Assembly (NCBI GenBank): GCA_902622665.1
Contig: CACNQV010000005.1
Location: 990-64,989 of the forward strand
Direction of reading: 5' to 3'
DNA length: 64,000 nucleotides
Origin: an uncultured Candidatus Actinomarina sp.
Lineage (GTDB): Bacteria > Actinomycetota > Acidimicrobiia > Actinomarinales > Actinomarinaceae
Shown piece by piece: positions 11,481 to 21,276 of this stretch. The notes beneath the pieces were generated by a model. That model had not been told where the DNA came from, did not search any database, and saw nothing but the letters and a program-made list of their open reading frames with translations. A program made the translations under genes and the position numbers. Within the stretch, counting starts at the first letter, position 1, and each line of letters starts with the position of its first letter.

Positions 11481-11745
11481 AGAGATACAAGACATTAAAT
11501 TAAAAAGAGATCAATTTTTAAAGTCGTTTTCTCCAGGTGAAGTATCAACAAATGATATTGAACAAGCTTCAAAAGATATTAATTTACAATCAATAAGGCT
11601 TCACAAATTCCTTACAAGCAATGGTGAAATGGGAAAAGTTGCTACAGCTAAATTTTTAGATTCCATAAATCTAAATGAAAATACTAAATTAATAGAATTA
11701 GACAACACACATATAGAAGCCATTATTGATTATGTTAAGCGATAA
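11467..11745 (+). CDS. mihF: integration host factor MihF-like nucleoid protein
   Basis: 92 aa, directly upstream of gmk-rpoZ-coaBC as mycobacterial mIHF is. The segment GEMGKVATAKFLDSINL...KLIEL aligns by eye with the mIHF GKVKAQEIM...RLRGL region. Confidence 0.55.
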   Translation: MNLHKEIQDIKLKRDQFLKSFSPGEVSTNDIEQASKDINLQSIRLHKFLTSNGEMGKVATAKFLDSINLNENTKLIELDNTHIEAIIDYVKR

Positions 11746-12279
11746 ATGATATATATAATTACAGGTCCCTCAGGTGTTGGTAAAAATACAATAATTAATG
11801 AATTGTCCAAACATTTAGAATTTTACTTTTCAGTTTCTCACACCACAAGACCACGTAGAGATAACGAAATTGACGGTAAAGATTATTATTTTATTACAGA
11901 GGATGAATTCGCAAATTTAATTAAGAGTGATCAAATGATTGAATATGAGCAGTATGGTGATTTTTATTATGGAACCAGTAAGGAGGAGCTCTCAAACGAT
12001 TCCTCAATAATAATTTTAGATCTTGAAGTAAACGGAGCAACGAAACTCTTAGAGGAGAATAATAATTTTAAAGGAATATTTATTGATATAGATGATTATG
12101 AGCTTATAAATAGACTTAAAAATAGAGGTCACGATGCAACTTTTATTAAAAAACGTATGAAGCTAGCTAATTTACAACGAGAAAAAAAAGAATTGTACCA
12201 ATACCATGTCGACAATGAGGATATAAAGACTTCCGTTAATCAAATACTTGATATAATATATGAATTGGAGGAATCATGA
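11746..12279 (+). CDS. gmk: guanylate kinase
   Basis: P-loop GPSGVGKNT and the SHTTRPRR motif. Confidence 0.9.
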   Translation: MIYIITGPSGVGKNTIINELSKHLEFYFSVSHTTRPRRDNEIDGKDYYFITEDEFANLIKSDQMIEYEQYGDFYYGTSKEELSNDSSIIILDLEVNGATKLLEENNNFKGIFIDIDDYELINRLKNRGHDATFIKKRMKLANLQREKKELYQYHVDNEDIKTSVNQILDIIYELEES

Positions 12280-12572
12280 TAAAACCACCTATTGAAGAAT
12301 TACTAAAAGAGACACCTGGCAGATTTGCATTAGTTATAACAGCTGCACGTAGAGCAAGGAATATTAACTCATATTTTAATCAACTTGGCGAAGGAATTGG
12401 TGCATACACACCACCTCAGGTACAAAGTTTAAGTAGGAAACCTTTAACTGTAGCATTTGAAGAGATTGCTGCAGGAAAGGTTGAAATTTCAGACAACGAG
12501 GTTGTAGTTGTTAAAGATACCAAGAAAAATATTAAAAAGACCACAGTCGGAGATCTTGGTATAGACGAATAA
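12276..12572 (+). CDS. rpoZ: DNA-directed RNA polymerase subunit omega
   Basis: 98 aa. RFALVITAARRARNIN motif. gmk-rpoZ synteny. Confidence 0.85.
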   Translation: MIKPPIEELLKETPGRFALVITAARRARNINSYFNQLGEGIGAYTPPQVQSLSRKPLTVAFEEIAAGKVEISDNEVVVVKDTKKNIKKTTVGDLGIDE

Positions 12573-12577
12573 TCAGA

Positions 12578-13690
12578 ATGAAAGAGAAAATACTACTTGG
12601 ATTATCAGGTAGTGTTGCATGCTCTAAAGCTGAACAGTTTGTAAATCATAATTTAGAAAAATATGAGTTTAAACTCCTTTCTACTCATAGTGGATTGAAT
12701 TATCTTTCTGAACAGTTTATAAAATCAAATAATATTTATTCAGATTGGAGTGAATTATCAGGTTCGCCACATATTGATTTAGCTAGATGGGCTGATGAAA
12801 TTATTATTTATCCTGCATCAGCAAATTTAATCTCAAAAATTTCATCAGGAATTGCAGATGATTTACTAACGTCAACAATATTAATGTTTTCAAAACCTAT
12901 ATATATATGCCCAGCAATGCACGAGGAAATGTATATGAATTCACAAATTCAATCTAATATCTTAAATTTATCTATTAATCATTATATTGTAGGGCCGAGG
13001 TATGGAAATTTAGATATTGGCGACAAGGGATTAGGGAGACTTATAGAGCCGGATGAATTATTGGGAGTACTAAATAAACAAAAAGGTAAAATCATCGTTA
13101 CTTCAGGACCTACGTATGAAGAAATTGACGATGTAAAAGTTGTAACAAATAAATCCTCAGGAAAACAAGGAAGAGCATTAGCAATAGAGCTAAGTGCAAG
13201 AGGTTATGAAGTTGTATATATACATTCATCTTCTATTGATCATATAGCTGGATTAGACAATGTTTCATTTCATAGTTCTAATGACCTAAAAAATAAAATT
13301 TTAGAGAATATTAATAACACTGAAGCAATATTTATGACAGCTGCTGTATCTGATTTTACTGTTAAAAAAACATCCGGAAAAATAAGTAGGGGCAACGGTA
13401 ATATTACACTTGAATTTATAGCTAACGAAGACATCATTGCTACTATTAAATCCTCATATCCAGAAATTAAATGTATTGCATTTTCGGCACAAGTGGATGA
13501 TGAATTAAATTTCAATAAAATTAATACAAAGAACGTAGATTATTTAATAATCAACAATATATTAAAAAATAGATTTGGAAGTGACATTAACAAAGTGTCT
13601 ATAATCGATCAACAAAATCTTATATTTGAATCTGAAGAATTAGATAAAAATGAAATATCTAGAGACATCCTCAATACGTTAGAGTATTGA
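12578..13690 (+). CDS. coaBC: bifunctional phosphopantothenoylcysteine decarboxylase/synthetase
   Basis: N-terminal flavoprotein motif GLSGSVACSKA, PAMHEEMY, and a C-terminal CoaB-like half (ITNKSSGKQG). Confidence 0.85.
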   Translation: MKEKILLGLSGSVACSKAEQFVNHNLEKYEFKLLSTHSGLNYLSEQFIKSNNIYSDWSELSGSPHIDLARWADEIIIYPASANLISKISSGIADDLLTSTILMFSKPIYICPAMHEEMYMNSQIQSNILNLSINHYIVGPRYGNLDIGDKGLGRLIEPDELLGVLNKQKGKIIVTSGPTYEEIDDVKVVTNKSSGKQGRALAIELSARGYEVVYIHSSSIDHIAGLDNVSFHSSNDLKNKILENINNTEAIFMTAAVSDFTVKKTSGKISRGNGNITLEFIANEDIIATIKSSYPEIKCIAFSAQVDDELNFNKINTKNVDYLIINNILKNRFGSDINKVSIIDQQNLIFESEELDKNEISRDILNTLEY

Positions 13691-13691
13691 A

Positions 13692-15035
13692 ATGTATGTT
13701 GATGTAGAGTTAATTTCGAATAATACCTATCAAAATAGTACATTTACATATCAAGTCCCAAATAACCTAACAGATAAGATTAATATTGGATCTATTGTTA
13801 TTGTGCCATTTAGAAATAGAGACTACAAAGCAATAATTATTTCTACATCTAACGAATCGACAATCGAAAATCTAAAACATATAAAAAAAGTTTTAAACGT
13901 AACTCTAAATAAAAATCAAATTAAATATCTTCAACAATTAGCAATATCAAATCGATTAAATATAGGTATTTTGTTACATAATTTTGTTGATGTTTCTACA
14001 TTAAAGAAACAAAAAGTTTTAAATAAACAACAGATAAATAATATTCCAATAAATAATTTCAATGATTTTGATAACAAAAAAAACAATGTGTTCTTTGTTC
14101 CTTCTTTAAAGATTGGTAAAGAACTTTACAATTATTTATCTGATTACTTAAATATCGACTTTTATCAAAGATATGGAGGTAAGGATGAAATTGATCTATT
14201 AAAGAGTAATAAATTAAAGAATATTATTTTACTAAATACAAACTTTGATAAATTGATTATTGATAATAAAACAAACTATTACTTTTATGATTCAAACAAC
14301 TCTGCTTGGAAATTACCAAAACTAAACAATTTCAACGTTGTAGAAGCAGCATATATAAAAAATAAAATTTTCGGTGGTAATTTTAGTTTTATAAATTACT
14401 TTCCAAATTTAGAGTTTCATAATGAAAAAGTAGAGATAAATAATAATTTCTCATATGAAATTGAATACTTCTATGGGAATAACATTCAAGATTGTATTGA
14501 TTTATACACAATTAAAAATAAAGGAGAGCAAAAACATTTCTATTCCAACAACAAACTACCAGGTGTTCAACAATTAACTTTTGCTGAAAAATTAACAGAA
14601 AAAGAAGTGGAAGGGGTTCTTATAGTTAATCCAACTTTACTAACTAACAATATATTAAATTCATATAAGGTAATTTATTTACTGTCTCTTTTAAATTACG
14701 CTCAACAAAATAATATCAATATTGTAGTATTCTCTACATCTGAAATCGACGTTAATAAAGTACTCAACAGTAAAAGTATGACTAAATGGATTATAAAAGA
14801 ACAAGATACAAGATTAAAATTTGGACCAAGTTTGTTAAATAAAGTATTTACCTTCAACACATCAAAAAAGATTAGCGTTGATAATAATGAATATATTCGT
14901 GGCCCTATTGAATTAAACGATGACTTTTTATATGAAATCAACATAGACTTAAATAAAAGTTATGATTATTTAAAAATTATGAAAATGTTTAAAAATCTTA
15001 AAGATTACGAAATAATTAGAGCAAGGTTTATTTAA
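13692..15035 (+). CDS. PriA-like protein (primosomal protein N' N-terminal homolog, degenerate)
   Basis: Sits in the coaBC-priA-def-fmt synteny position. The N-terminus (YVDVEL...FTYQVP...IGSIVIVPFRNRDYKAIII) resembles the PriA 3'-DNA-binding domain. It is only 447 aa, with no GxGKT/S Walker A, no DExH motif and a single Cys. Confidence 0.4.
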   Translation: MYVDVELISNNTYQNSTFTYQVPNNLTDKINIGSIVIVPFRNRDYKAIIISTSNESTIENLKHIKKVLNVTLNKNQIKYLQQLAISNRLNIGILLHNFVDVSTLKKQKVLNKQQINNIPINNFNDFDNKKNNVFFVPSLKIGKELYNYLSDYLNIDFYQRYGGKDEIDLLKSNKLKNIILLNTNFDKLIIDNKTNYYFYDSNNSAWKLPKLNNFNVVEAAYIKNKIFGGNFSFINYFPNLEFHNEKVEINNNFSYEIEYFYGNNIQDCIDLYTIKNKGEQKHFYSNNKLPGVQQLTFAEKLTEKEVEGVLIVNPTLLTNNILNSYKVIYLLSLLNYAQQNNINIVVFSTSEIDVNKVLNSKSMTKWIIKEQDTRLKFGPSLLNKVFTFNTSKKISVDNNEYIRGPIELNDDFLYEINIDLNKSYDYLKIMKMFKNLKDYEIIRARFI

Positions 15036-15529
15036 TGTCTGAGATAGTGGTATTTGGACACCCATCATTAACAACAAAATCTGTAAATGTTGAAAATATT
15101 GATGACTACATTATTTCGCTAACAAAAAAAATGATTCAGATAATGTATGACGCACCAGGCGTAGGTTTAGCAGCCCCACAAATAGGAATTAATAAAAATA
15201 TATTTGTGTTTGATGCTGGTGATGGTCCTAAAGTAGCAATCAATCCAAAACTTGAAGATTTACAGGGGAGTGTTGTCTTTATGGAAGGTTGTCTATCTTT
15301 ACCAGGTTATTACTGGGATATTGAAAGATATGAATATGCGAAACTGACATGTTTAAATCAAAATGGTGAAGAAGTAACTTATGAAGGTGAAGATTTACTG
15401 GGTAGAGTACTGCAGCATGAATATGATCATCTACAAGGCCAATTATTACTAAAACAACTAAAAAGAAAAGTAAGAAAAGAAGCATTAAAAGAAATCTCTA
15501 TAAAAGGTTTTCCAGGTGACAAAATATAA
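15035..15529 (+). CDS. def: peptide deformylase
   Basis: GVGLAAPQIG, EGCLSLPG and QHEYDHLQG motifs. Confidence 0.93.
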   Translation: MSEIVVFGHPSLTTKSVNVENIDDYIISLTKKMIQIMYDAPGVGLAAPQIGINKNIFVFDAGDGPKVAINPKLEDLQGSVVFMEGCLSLPGYYWDIERYEYAKLTCLNQNGEEVTYEGEDLLGRVLQHEYDHLQGQLLLKQLKRKVRKEALKEISIKGFPGDKI

Positions 15530-16331
15530 ATATTTTTTTGGTTCAGATTTTAGGAGCATTCCTTATCTAACTACTATCAATAACTCTGAAGAAGCTATTA
15601 CTGTAGTAACAACTAAGCCTGTTAGGAGTGGACGAGGAAAAAAACTTGTTGTAAACCCTGTAGAAGAGTTTTGTAAATCAAACAATATTGAATTTAAATA
15701 TTTTTCACAAGATGCGGTCTATAGCAATATGGATATAGGTATAAGTGCAAGTTTCGCAAAAATATTTTCTACAAAATTTCTTAAATCAAACAATAGTATT
15801 TTTAATATACATTTAAGTTTGTTGCCTGAACTAAGAGGTCCTTCACCAGTTGAAACTGCAATATTAAATAATTACACTTCAACGGGATTTACTGTTTTTC
15901 ATATCGATGAAGAAATAGACACTGGGAGAATTATATTTCAAAAAGGTGTATCTATATCGGATGACGATTATGCATCAAATATATATGAAAGATTATCAAA
16001 ATGTTTTAATGATAATTATAAAGAAATAGACTTTCTAACCACAGGAAAAGAACAGCCTCAAAATAGTTCTAAAACATCTAAATTTTCAAAAAGCGATTTC
16101 AATATAAGTGAAGATTCTCTTTTAAAAGCTAAAACAAAAATCAGAGCATTTAACATAATGGGCCCATCTTTTACTTCGCATAAAAATAAGATTCTGAAGA
16201 TCCATAGTTATACAGAAGAGAGAAATTCAGAAGGTATAATGTATAAAGAAGGTGTTCTATATCCAGAATATGTAACTCCTGAGGGAAAAAATAAAATGTT
16301 ATTTCCTGATTATTTAAGAGGCTTAAAATGA
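15516..16331 (+). CDS. fmt: methionyl-tRNA formyltransferase
   Basis: HLSLLPELRGPSPVETAIL motif. def-fmt synteny. Short, at 271 aa. Confidence 0.8.
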   Translation: MTKYKYFFGSDFRSIPYLTTINNSEEAITVVTTKPVRSGRGKKLVVNPVEEFCKSNNIEFKYFSQDAVYSNMDIGISASFAKIFSTKFLKSNNSIFNIHLSLLPELRGPSPVETAILNNYTSTGFTVFHIDEEIDTGRIIFQKGVSISDDDYASNIYERLSKCFNDNYKEIDFLTTGKEQPQNSSKTSKFSKSDFNISEDSLLKAKTKIRAFNIMGPSFTSHKNKILKIHSYTEERNSEGIMYKEGVLYPEYVTPEGKNKMLFPDYLRGLK

Positions 16332-16915
16332 AAATTTCAGCAAGTATTCAGGCGGCTAATCAATTAGATCTTTTGAATCACATAGATAGCAATAATACAA
16401 AATTTGACCAGTTACATATTGATATTACGGATGGACATTTTGCCGAGAATATAAGCATGTCATTTAAAGTCATTGAGATGCTTAAAAACAATACAGATTA
16501 TTATTTAGATATTCATTTGATGATTAATGACAATCTAAAATATGGAGAAATAGCATTCGACTGTGGTGCAGACTTAGTAACAGTTCATAAAGAGTCAACA
16601 GAGTTAAAAGACTTTATTAAGCTTTCTGAATTTAATAAAAATATTGGTATAGGTCTTTTACCGGGTACATCAAATTCAGAACTTGATGAATATTTAGAAT
16701 ATGCACACTCTGTGTTGTTATTAGGTGTGAATCCTGGGTTTTCTAATCAAAGTCAGGCTATTAATTTACCTAGAAAAGTTAATGACTTTAATACAAGTTT
16801 TCCTAATTATTCTGGGGAAGTCATTGTGGATGGTGGTGTTAAAAACGAAGATTTAGAAGTATTTGAGAAATTTGGTGTTGATGTAGTAGTACAAGGTGGT
16901 GCAATTTTTGGATAA
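16328..16915 (+). CDS. rpe: ribulose-phosphate 3-epimerase
   Basis: HIDITDGHF, DIHLMI, VNPGFSNQ and VDGGV motifs. ATGA overlap with fmt. Confidence 0.8.
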   Translation: MKISASIQAANQLDLLNHIDSNNTKFDQLHIDITDGHFAENISMSFKVIEMLKNNTDYYLDIHLMINDNLKYGEIAFDCGADLVTVHKESTELKDFIKLSEFNKNIGIGLLPGTSNSELDEYLEYAHSVLLLGVNPGFSNQSQAINLPRKVNDFNTSFPNYSGEVIVDGGVKNEDLEVFEKFGVDVVVQGGAIFG

Positions 16916-17942
16916 TCCTCTGTCATATTTAAACTATTCAAAATTTATGCAGGAAGCAATAATTGCAGCATTAAACACAAAAGCATTTCCAAATCCGAAA
17001 GTTGCTGCTGTTCTTACTGACAACAAAGGAAATATAAAGTCTACGGGTGTTCATCATGGCCCAGGCACAAATCATGCTGAAATAGATTTATTAACCAAAA
17101 CTACTATTGATACGGATGATGTATTATACGTCACTCTTGAACCATGTTTTCATGCTGATAGCTCGCCTTCGTGTGCAGTTGAATTACTCAATACATCATT
17201 AAAAAATATTGTTATAGGCGATAAAGATGTTGATCCACGAACTAATGGAAAAAGTATTGAACTATTTAAAAATAAGGGTCTTAATATTCAATTTGAATAC
17301 AATGCAAATAATTTAATTAATCCTCACTACTTAAACCAAAAAATAAATAAGAAATCAAACACAATAATTGGAAAGATTGCAAGTTCACAAAATAATTATA
17401 TCTACAATGATCAAACAGAAGATAAATATATATCTAATGATATATCGTTAGCCCTTACACACATACTACGTGCGAGTGTTGATGGGATAGCAATAGGGAA
17501 AAATACACTTTTAATTGACAGTCCAAAACTTGATGTAAGAAATGTAAATATACAAGATAGCAATCCAATAAAAATCGTTTTTTGGGGAGCTGATCCAAAT
17601 ATTGACTCACACATATCAAATCATTCAGACATCTATTTTTTAACATCTTTTACACATAAGGCAGATAATGTTATTCCAATAATTGATGTGAATTTTGATT
17701 TGAATAAGTTATTTAAAAATTTAAACATCAATTCATTGTTAATTGAAGGTGGTAACTACATACACAAATACTTCACAGCTAATGCACTATATGATAAGTT
17801 TTATTGGTTTAAAAGTTCAAACAATATACATAGTGGCGTTAAATTTAGCGATGAAGTTATTGAATCTTTAAAAAATAAATATAAACCAATTAATAAATTT
17901 CTTCTTAAAGATAATCAATTAACAACATATACTTGTATGTAA
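16896..17942 (+). CDS. ribD: bifunctional riboflavin biosynthesis deaminase/reductase RibD
   Basis: Deaminase zinc motifs HAEIDLL and TLEPCFH...PSC, with a C-terminal reductase-like half. Overlaps rpe by 20 nt. Confidence 0.85.
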   Translation: MVQFLDNPLSYLNYSKFMQEAIIAALNTKAFPNPKVAAVLTDNKGNIKSTGVHHGPGTNHAEIDLLTKTTIDTDDVLYVTLEPCFHADSSPSCAVELLNTSLKNIVIGDKDVDPRTNGKSIELFKNKGLNIQFEYNANNLINPHYLNQKINKKSNTIIGKIASSQNNYIYNDQTEDKYISNDISLALTHILRASVDGIAIGKNTLLIDSPKLDVRNVNIQDSNPIKIVFWGADPNIDSHISNHSDIYFLTSFTHKADNVIPIIDVNFDLNKLFKNLNINSLLIEGGNYIHKYFTANALYDKFYWFKSSNNIHSGVKFSDEVIESLKNKYKPINKFLLKDNQLTTYTCM

Positions 17943-18517
17943 TGTTTACTGGAATTATTACAGATATAGGTACAGTTGTAGATCTAAATGAAGATATTTT
18001 AACTGTAAGTTTTAATAACAACATTTACACAAATTTAGATCCAGGTACAAGTATTGCAATTGACGGGTGCTGCTTGACTCTGAAAGAATATAAAGATGGA
18101 AATTTAGTTTTTCAAGTGTCAAATGAATCATTTACCAGAACAGCTTTGAACAATAATCATTGTGGATTTGTTAATTTAGAGCTTCCAGCAACACTAGATA
18201 GTTTTTTAAGCGGTCATATAGTCCAGGGACACGTAGATTCAACAATAAATATTCATGAAATTAATGAACTTGAAAATAATATGTGGAACTTCAAATTTAA
18301 AGATGCAAGTAGTAAATATATTGTTGATAAAGGATCCATAACGATTAATGGTATTTCATTGACTATAGTTAACCCTGTCAAAGATACGTTTGAAGTTGCT
18401 GTAATAGATGAAACATATAATAGAACAAACTTAAAGCATTTAAATATTGGTAGTGCAGTTAACGTTGAATACGACATAATAATAAAATATCTAGAGAAAA
18501 TTAATTATGATAACTGA
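17933..18517 (+). CDS. ribE: riboflavin synthase alpha chain
   Basis: MFTGII N-terminus and duplicated lumazine-binding repeats (GSITINGISLTI). Confidence 0.88.
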   Translation: MYVMFTGIITDIGTVVDLNEDILTVSFNNNIYTNLDPGTSIAIDGCCLTLKEYKDGNLVFQVSNESFTRTALNNNHCGFVNLELPATLDSFLSGHIVQGHVDSTINIHEINELENNMWNFKFKDASSKYIVDKGSITINGISLTIVNPVKDTFEVAVIDETYNRTNLKHLNIGSAVNVEYDIIIKYLEKINYDN

Positions 18518-19709
18518 TATAAAAAATATTATTAAATCATTTAAAGATGGCGAGATGATCATCCTTGTTGATGATGAAGATAGAGAAAATGAAGGTGATT
18601 TAATTATTTCAGCTGAACATTTAACTGCTGAACACATAAATTTTATGATTACATTTGGTAAGGGTTTAGTTTGTGCGCCAATATCATCCAAAATTGCTAA
18701 GAAATTAGAACTTCCATTAATGCAAGGTGTAAATAATGAAATGCAGACTGCATACACTGCTTCAGTGGATTTAAAAGGTAACGGAGTAACAACTGGAATA
18801 TCAGCTGATGATCGTCATAAAACTATAAAAGGTTTATTAGATGAAAATTCTACTAGAGATGACTTTAATGTTCCCGGTCACATATTTCCTTTACAAGCAA
18901 TGGATGGTGGTGTATTAAGGCGCGCTGGACACACAGAGGCAGCAATAGACCTTTGTAAACTTTCAGGACACAGTGAAGTTGCTGTTATTTGTGAAATTAT
19001 AAATAAAGATGGTTCCATGGCAAGAATGGATGATCTAATTGAGTTTTCAAAAGTTCACAATATTAAAATTGGTACAATCAAAGATCTTATTCAACACAGA
19101 TTAGATAGCTCAAACCCTGTTGAATTTGTATCGAAATCAAAAATCCCTACTCATTATGGAGAATTTACAGGTCATGTCTATAAAGATACCGTAGACAATA
19201 CTGAACATATTGCATTAACATTTGGAGATTATCTCGATAACGAAGACACAATGGTTAGAGTTCACTCAGAGTGTTTAACTGGAGATACTTTATTTTCTTC
19301 AAAATGTGATTGTGGTTCTCAGCTATCTAATGCTTTAAACACTATTTCCAAAAATGGAAGTGGTGTTCTCTTGTACATGAGAGGTCACGAAGGAAGAGGT
19401 ATTGGATTAGGCAACAAAATAAAAGCATACTCACTTCAAGATGAGGGGGATGATACTGTAGATGCAAATCTTAAACTTGGTTTCAAAAACGATCAACGAG
19501 ATTATGGAACCGGTGCATTAATTTTAAGATCACTTGGAATTGAGAAAATGAACTTATTAACTAACAATCCATCTAAGAGAGCTGGACTTGAAGGTTATGG
19601 CCTAAGTATTACAAAAAGAACGCCGTTACTTGGGCAAACAACACCAGAAAATGAAAAATATCTTGAAACTAAAGAATCAAAAATGGGACACGTATTCAAT
19701 GAAGAATAA
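18507..19709 (+). CDS. ribBA: bifunctional 3,4-dihydroxy-2-butanone-4-phosphate synthase / GTP cyclohydrolase II
   Basis: DHBP synthase motif VDDEDRENEGDLI. GCH II motifs RVHSECLTGD and CDCGSQL. Confidence 0.93.
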   Translation: MITDIKNIIKSFKDGEMIILVDDEDRENEGDLIISAEHLTAEHINFMITFGKGLVCAPISSKIAKKLELPLMQGVNNEMQTAYTASVDLKGNGVTTGISADDRHKTIKGLLDENSTRDDFNVPGHIFPLQAMDGGVLRRAGHTEAAIDLCKLSGHSEVAVICEIINKDGSMARMDDLIEFSKVHNIKIGTIKDLIQHRLDSSNPVEFVSKSKIPTHYGEFTGHVYKDTVDNTEHIALTFGDYLDNEDTMVRVHSECLTGDTLFSSKCDCGSQLSNALNTISKNGSGVLLYMRGHEGRGIGLGNKIKAYSLQDEGDDTVDANLKLGFKNDQRDYGTGALILRSLGIEKMNLLTNNPSKRAGLEGYGLSITKRTPLLGQTTPENEKYLETKESKMGHVFNEE

Positions 19710-20100
19710 GGTAGCCATAGTTGCAGCAAACTATTACGAAAATATAACTAATGATTTAGTTGATGGTGTTAAAAATAATCTTAATGAAAGTTTTGATACG
19801 AGTACATACTTTGTAGATGGTGCATGGGAAATAATATATAAAATTAACGATCTTTCAGAGAATGACTCTATAGATAAATTTGTTGCTATTGGTGTAATTA
19901 TAAAAGGTGACACAGATCACTATGAATATATATCAAAAGGTGTGGTTGATGGATTAATTAATCTAACTATTAAAAATAACATTTACATTGCAAACTGTGT
20001 ATTAAATGTATTGAGCATGGATCAAGCAATAGCCAGAACTAAAGGTTCTAAAAATAAAGGGATTGAAGCCGCTTCAGCTTTAAATAATCTTTTTGTATAA
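19699..20100 (+). CDS. ribH: 6,7-dimethyl-8-ribityllumazine synthase
   Basis: VAIVAANYYENIT, VDGAWEI and GVIIKGDTDHYEYI motifs. I place the start at ATG 19699 (MKNKVAIV). The track ORF starts at 19630, inside ribBA. Confidence 0.85.
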   Translation: MKNKVAIVAANYYENITNDLVDGVKNNLNESFDTSTYFVDGAWEIIYKINDLSENDSIDKFVAIGVIIKGDTDHYEYISKGVVDGLINLTIKNNIYIANCVLNVLSMDQAIARTKGSKNKGIEAASALNNLFV

Positions 20101-20173
20101 ATAAATTAATTATTAGCTATAATTATCTCAAGCGAACAATGTTCCACCCACTGTGAACAATAGTGAGGTAGTT

Positions 20174-20197
20174 AAACAGCTTCGTGCTGTTTTTTTT
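20174..20197 (+). terminator. intrinsic-terminator-like hairpin plus T-run in the ribH-infC spacer (possible infC-rpmI-rplT attenuator)
   Basis: AAACAGC-TTCGT-GCTGTTT stem-loop runs into a T-run ending at 20197. Only 6 nt separate the T-run from the infC SD (GGAAGGAG, 20201-20208). A TATAAT hexamer lies upstream at 20118-20123. Confidence 0.5.
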
Positions 20198-20213
20198 ATT
20201 GGAAGGAGAAAAT

Positions 20214-20729
20214 ATACCTGAATTAAAGATAAACGAAGGAATTCGTGCAAAGAAATTACTTGTTATTGCGCCTGATGGTGTGCAAATTGGCGAATTAGAG
20301 CTTAAAAAGGCGTTAATTGTTGCAGAACAATTAGATTTAGACCTGGTTGAAGTTTCACCTGAAAGTAAACCACCAGTTGCAAGACTTATGGATTATGGGA
20401 AGTACAAATATGAACTTGCTCAAAAAGCAAAAGAATCAAAGAAAAAGCAAGTAAAAATTTCAGTTAAAGAAATTCAGTTAAAACCAAAAATTGATACGAA
20501 CGATTTTAAGATTAAGTTAAAAAAATCAAGAAAATTTATAGATTCAGGAGATAAGGTAAAATTTACAATGAGATTCAGGGGAAGAGAAGCTGAACATCCT
20601 GAGTTTGGACAAAAAGTTTTAGATAAATATATTGAGGAATTAAGTGACATAGCAATGGTTGAATCTACATCTAGTCCTGATGGAAAGTCTTTAACAATGG
20701 TGCTCGCACCTTTAGGAGGAAAAAAATGA
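20214..20729 (+). CDS. infC: translation initiation factor IF-3 (probable non-canonical ATA start)
   Basis: INEGIRAKKLLVIAPDGVQIG N-domain. The in-frame ATA at 20214 lies 5 nt after AGGAG. The track start (GTG 20184) lies inside the hairpin with no SD. Confidence 0.85.
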   Translation: MPELKINEGIRAKKLLVIAPDGVQIGELELKKALIVAEQLDLDLVEVSPESKPPVARLMDYGKYKYELAQKAKESKKKQVKISVKEIQLKPKIDTNDFKIKLKKSRKFIDSGDKVKFTMRFRGREAEHPEFGQKVLDKYIEELSDIAMVESTSSPDGKSLTMVLAPLGGKK

Positions 20730-20914
20730 AACAAAAAACTCACAAAAGTATGAAAAAAAGAGTAAAAGTTACTGGAACTGGTAAATATATGAGACGCAGA
20801 TCACACAGGTCTCATTACAAATTAGCAAAAAGTTCTGGTACATGGAAGAGGTTAAAGCGAGATGTTGAAGCATCTAGTGGTGACAGCAAAAAAATAAGAA
20901 AGTTGTTAGGTTAA
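20726..20914 (+). CDS. rpmI: 50S ribosomal protein L35
   Basis: 62 aa, basic. KTHKSMKKRVKVTGTGK motif. infC-rpmI-rplT operon. Confidence 0.93.
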   Translation: MKQKTHKSMKKRVKVTGTGKYMRRRSHRSHYKLAKSSGTWKRLKRDVEASSGDSKKIRKLLG

Positions 20915-20916
20915 CG

Positions 20917-21276
20917 ATGGTTCGTATAAAAAGTTCAGTTCAAAGTAAAAAATCTAAGAAAAAAGTATTAAAAAAAGCTAAAGGTTATACAGGAGCCAGA
21001 AGCAAGAGGCTTAGAGCAGCAAAAGAACAAGTTATGCATGCTGGTGCTGATTCTTTTACACACCGAAAAGATAAAAAAGCAGATTATAGAAAACTGTGGA
21101 TTTCTAGAATAAATGCTGCATCAAGACAGCATGATCTTGCCTATTCAAAGTTTATTAATGGCTTAAACAATGCAGGTGTAAAAGTCGATAGAAAAATACT
21201 TGCAGACTTAGCTGTAAATGATCCAAAGGGTTTTAAAAAACTTGTTGATCTTGCTAAGAAAAATTTAAATGGCTGA
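20917..21276 (+). CDS. rplT: 50S ribosomal protein L20
   Basis: MVRIKSSV...KKAKGY N-terminus. 119 aa. Confidence 0.95.
   Translation: MVRIKSSVQSKKSKKKVLKKAKGYTGARSKRLRAAKEQVMHAGADSFTHRKDKKADYRKLWISRINAASRQHDLAYSKFINGLNNAGVKVDRKILADLAVNDPKGFKKLVDLAKKNLNG

Noticed and set aside
16860-16920. Looked for an FMN riboswitch upstream of the rib genes. Also looked for T-box or other leaders upstream of the aaRS genes.
   Set aside because: ribD overlaps rpe by 20 nt, and every aaRS gene overlaps or abuts its upstream neighbour. There is no non-coding space for such leaders.
19630-19698. Upstream extension of ribH (track start 19630). The same issue applies to tyrS (track start 25168).
   Set aside because: The extensions lie inside the preceding genes (ribBA and mpg) and add non-conserved residues. 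The internal ATGs at 19699 and 25192 give canonical N-termini and short overlaps.
20134-20170. Alternative small hairpins in the infC leader (GAACA/TGTTC and CACT/AGTG), considered as an antiterminator structure.
   Set aside because: The stems are only 4-5 bp and the loops are ambiguous. A specific antiterminator fold cannot be supported without covariation data.
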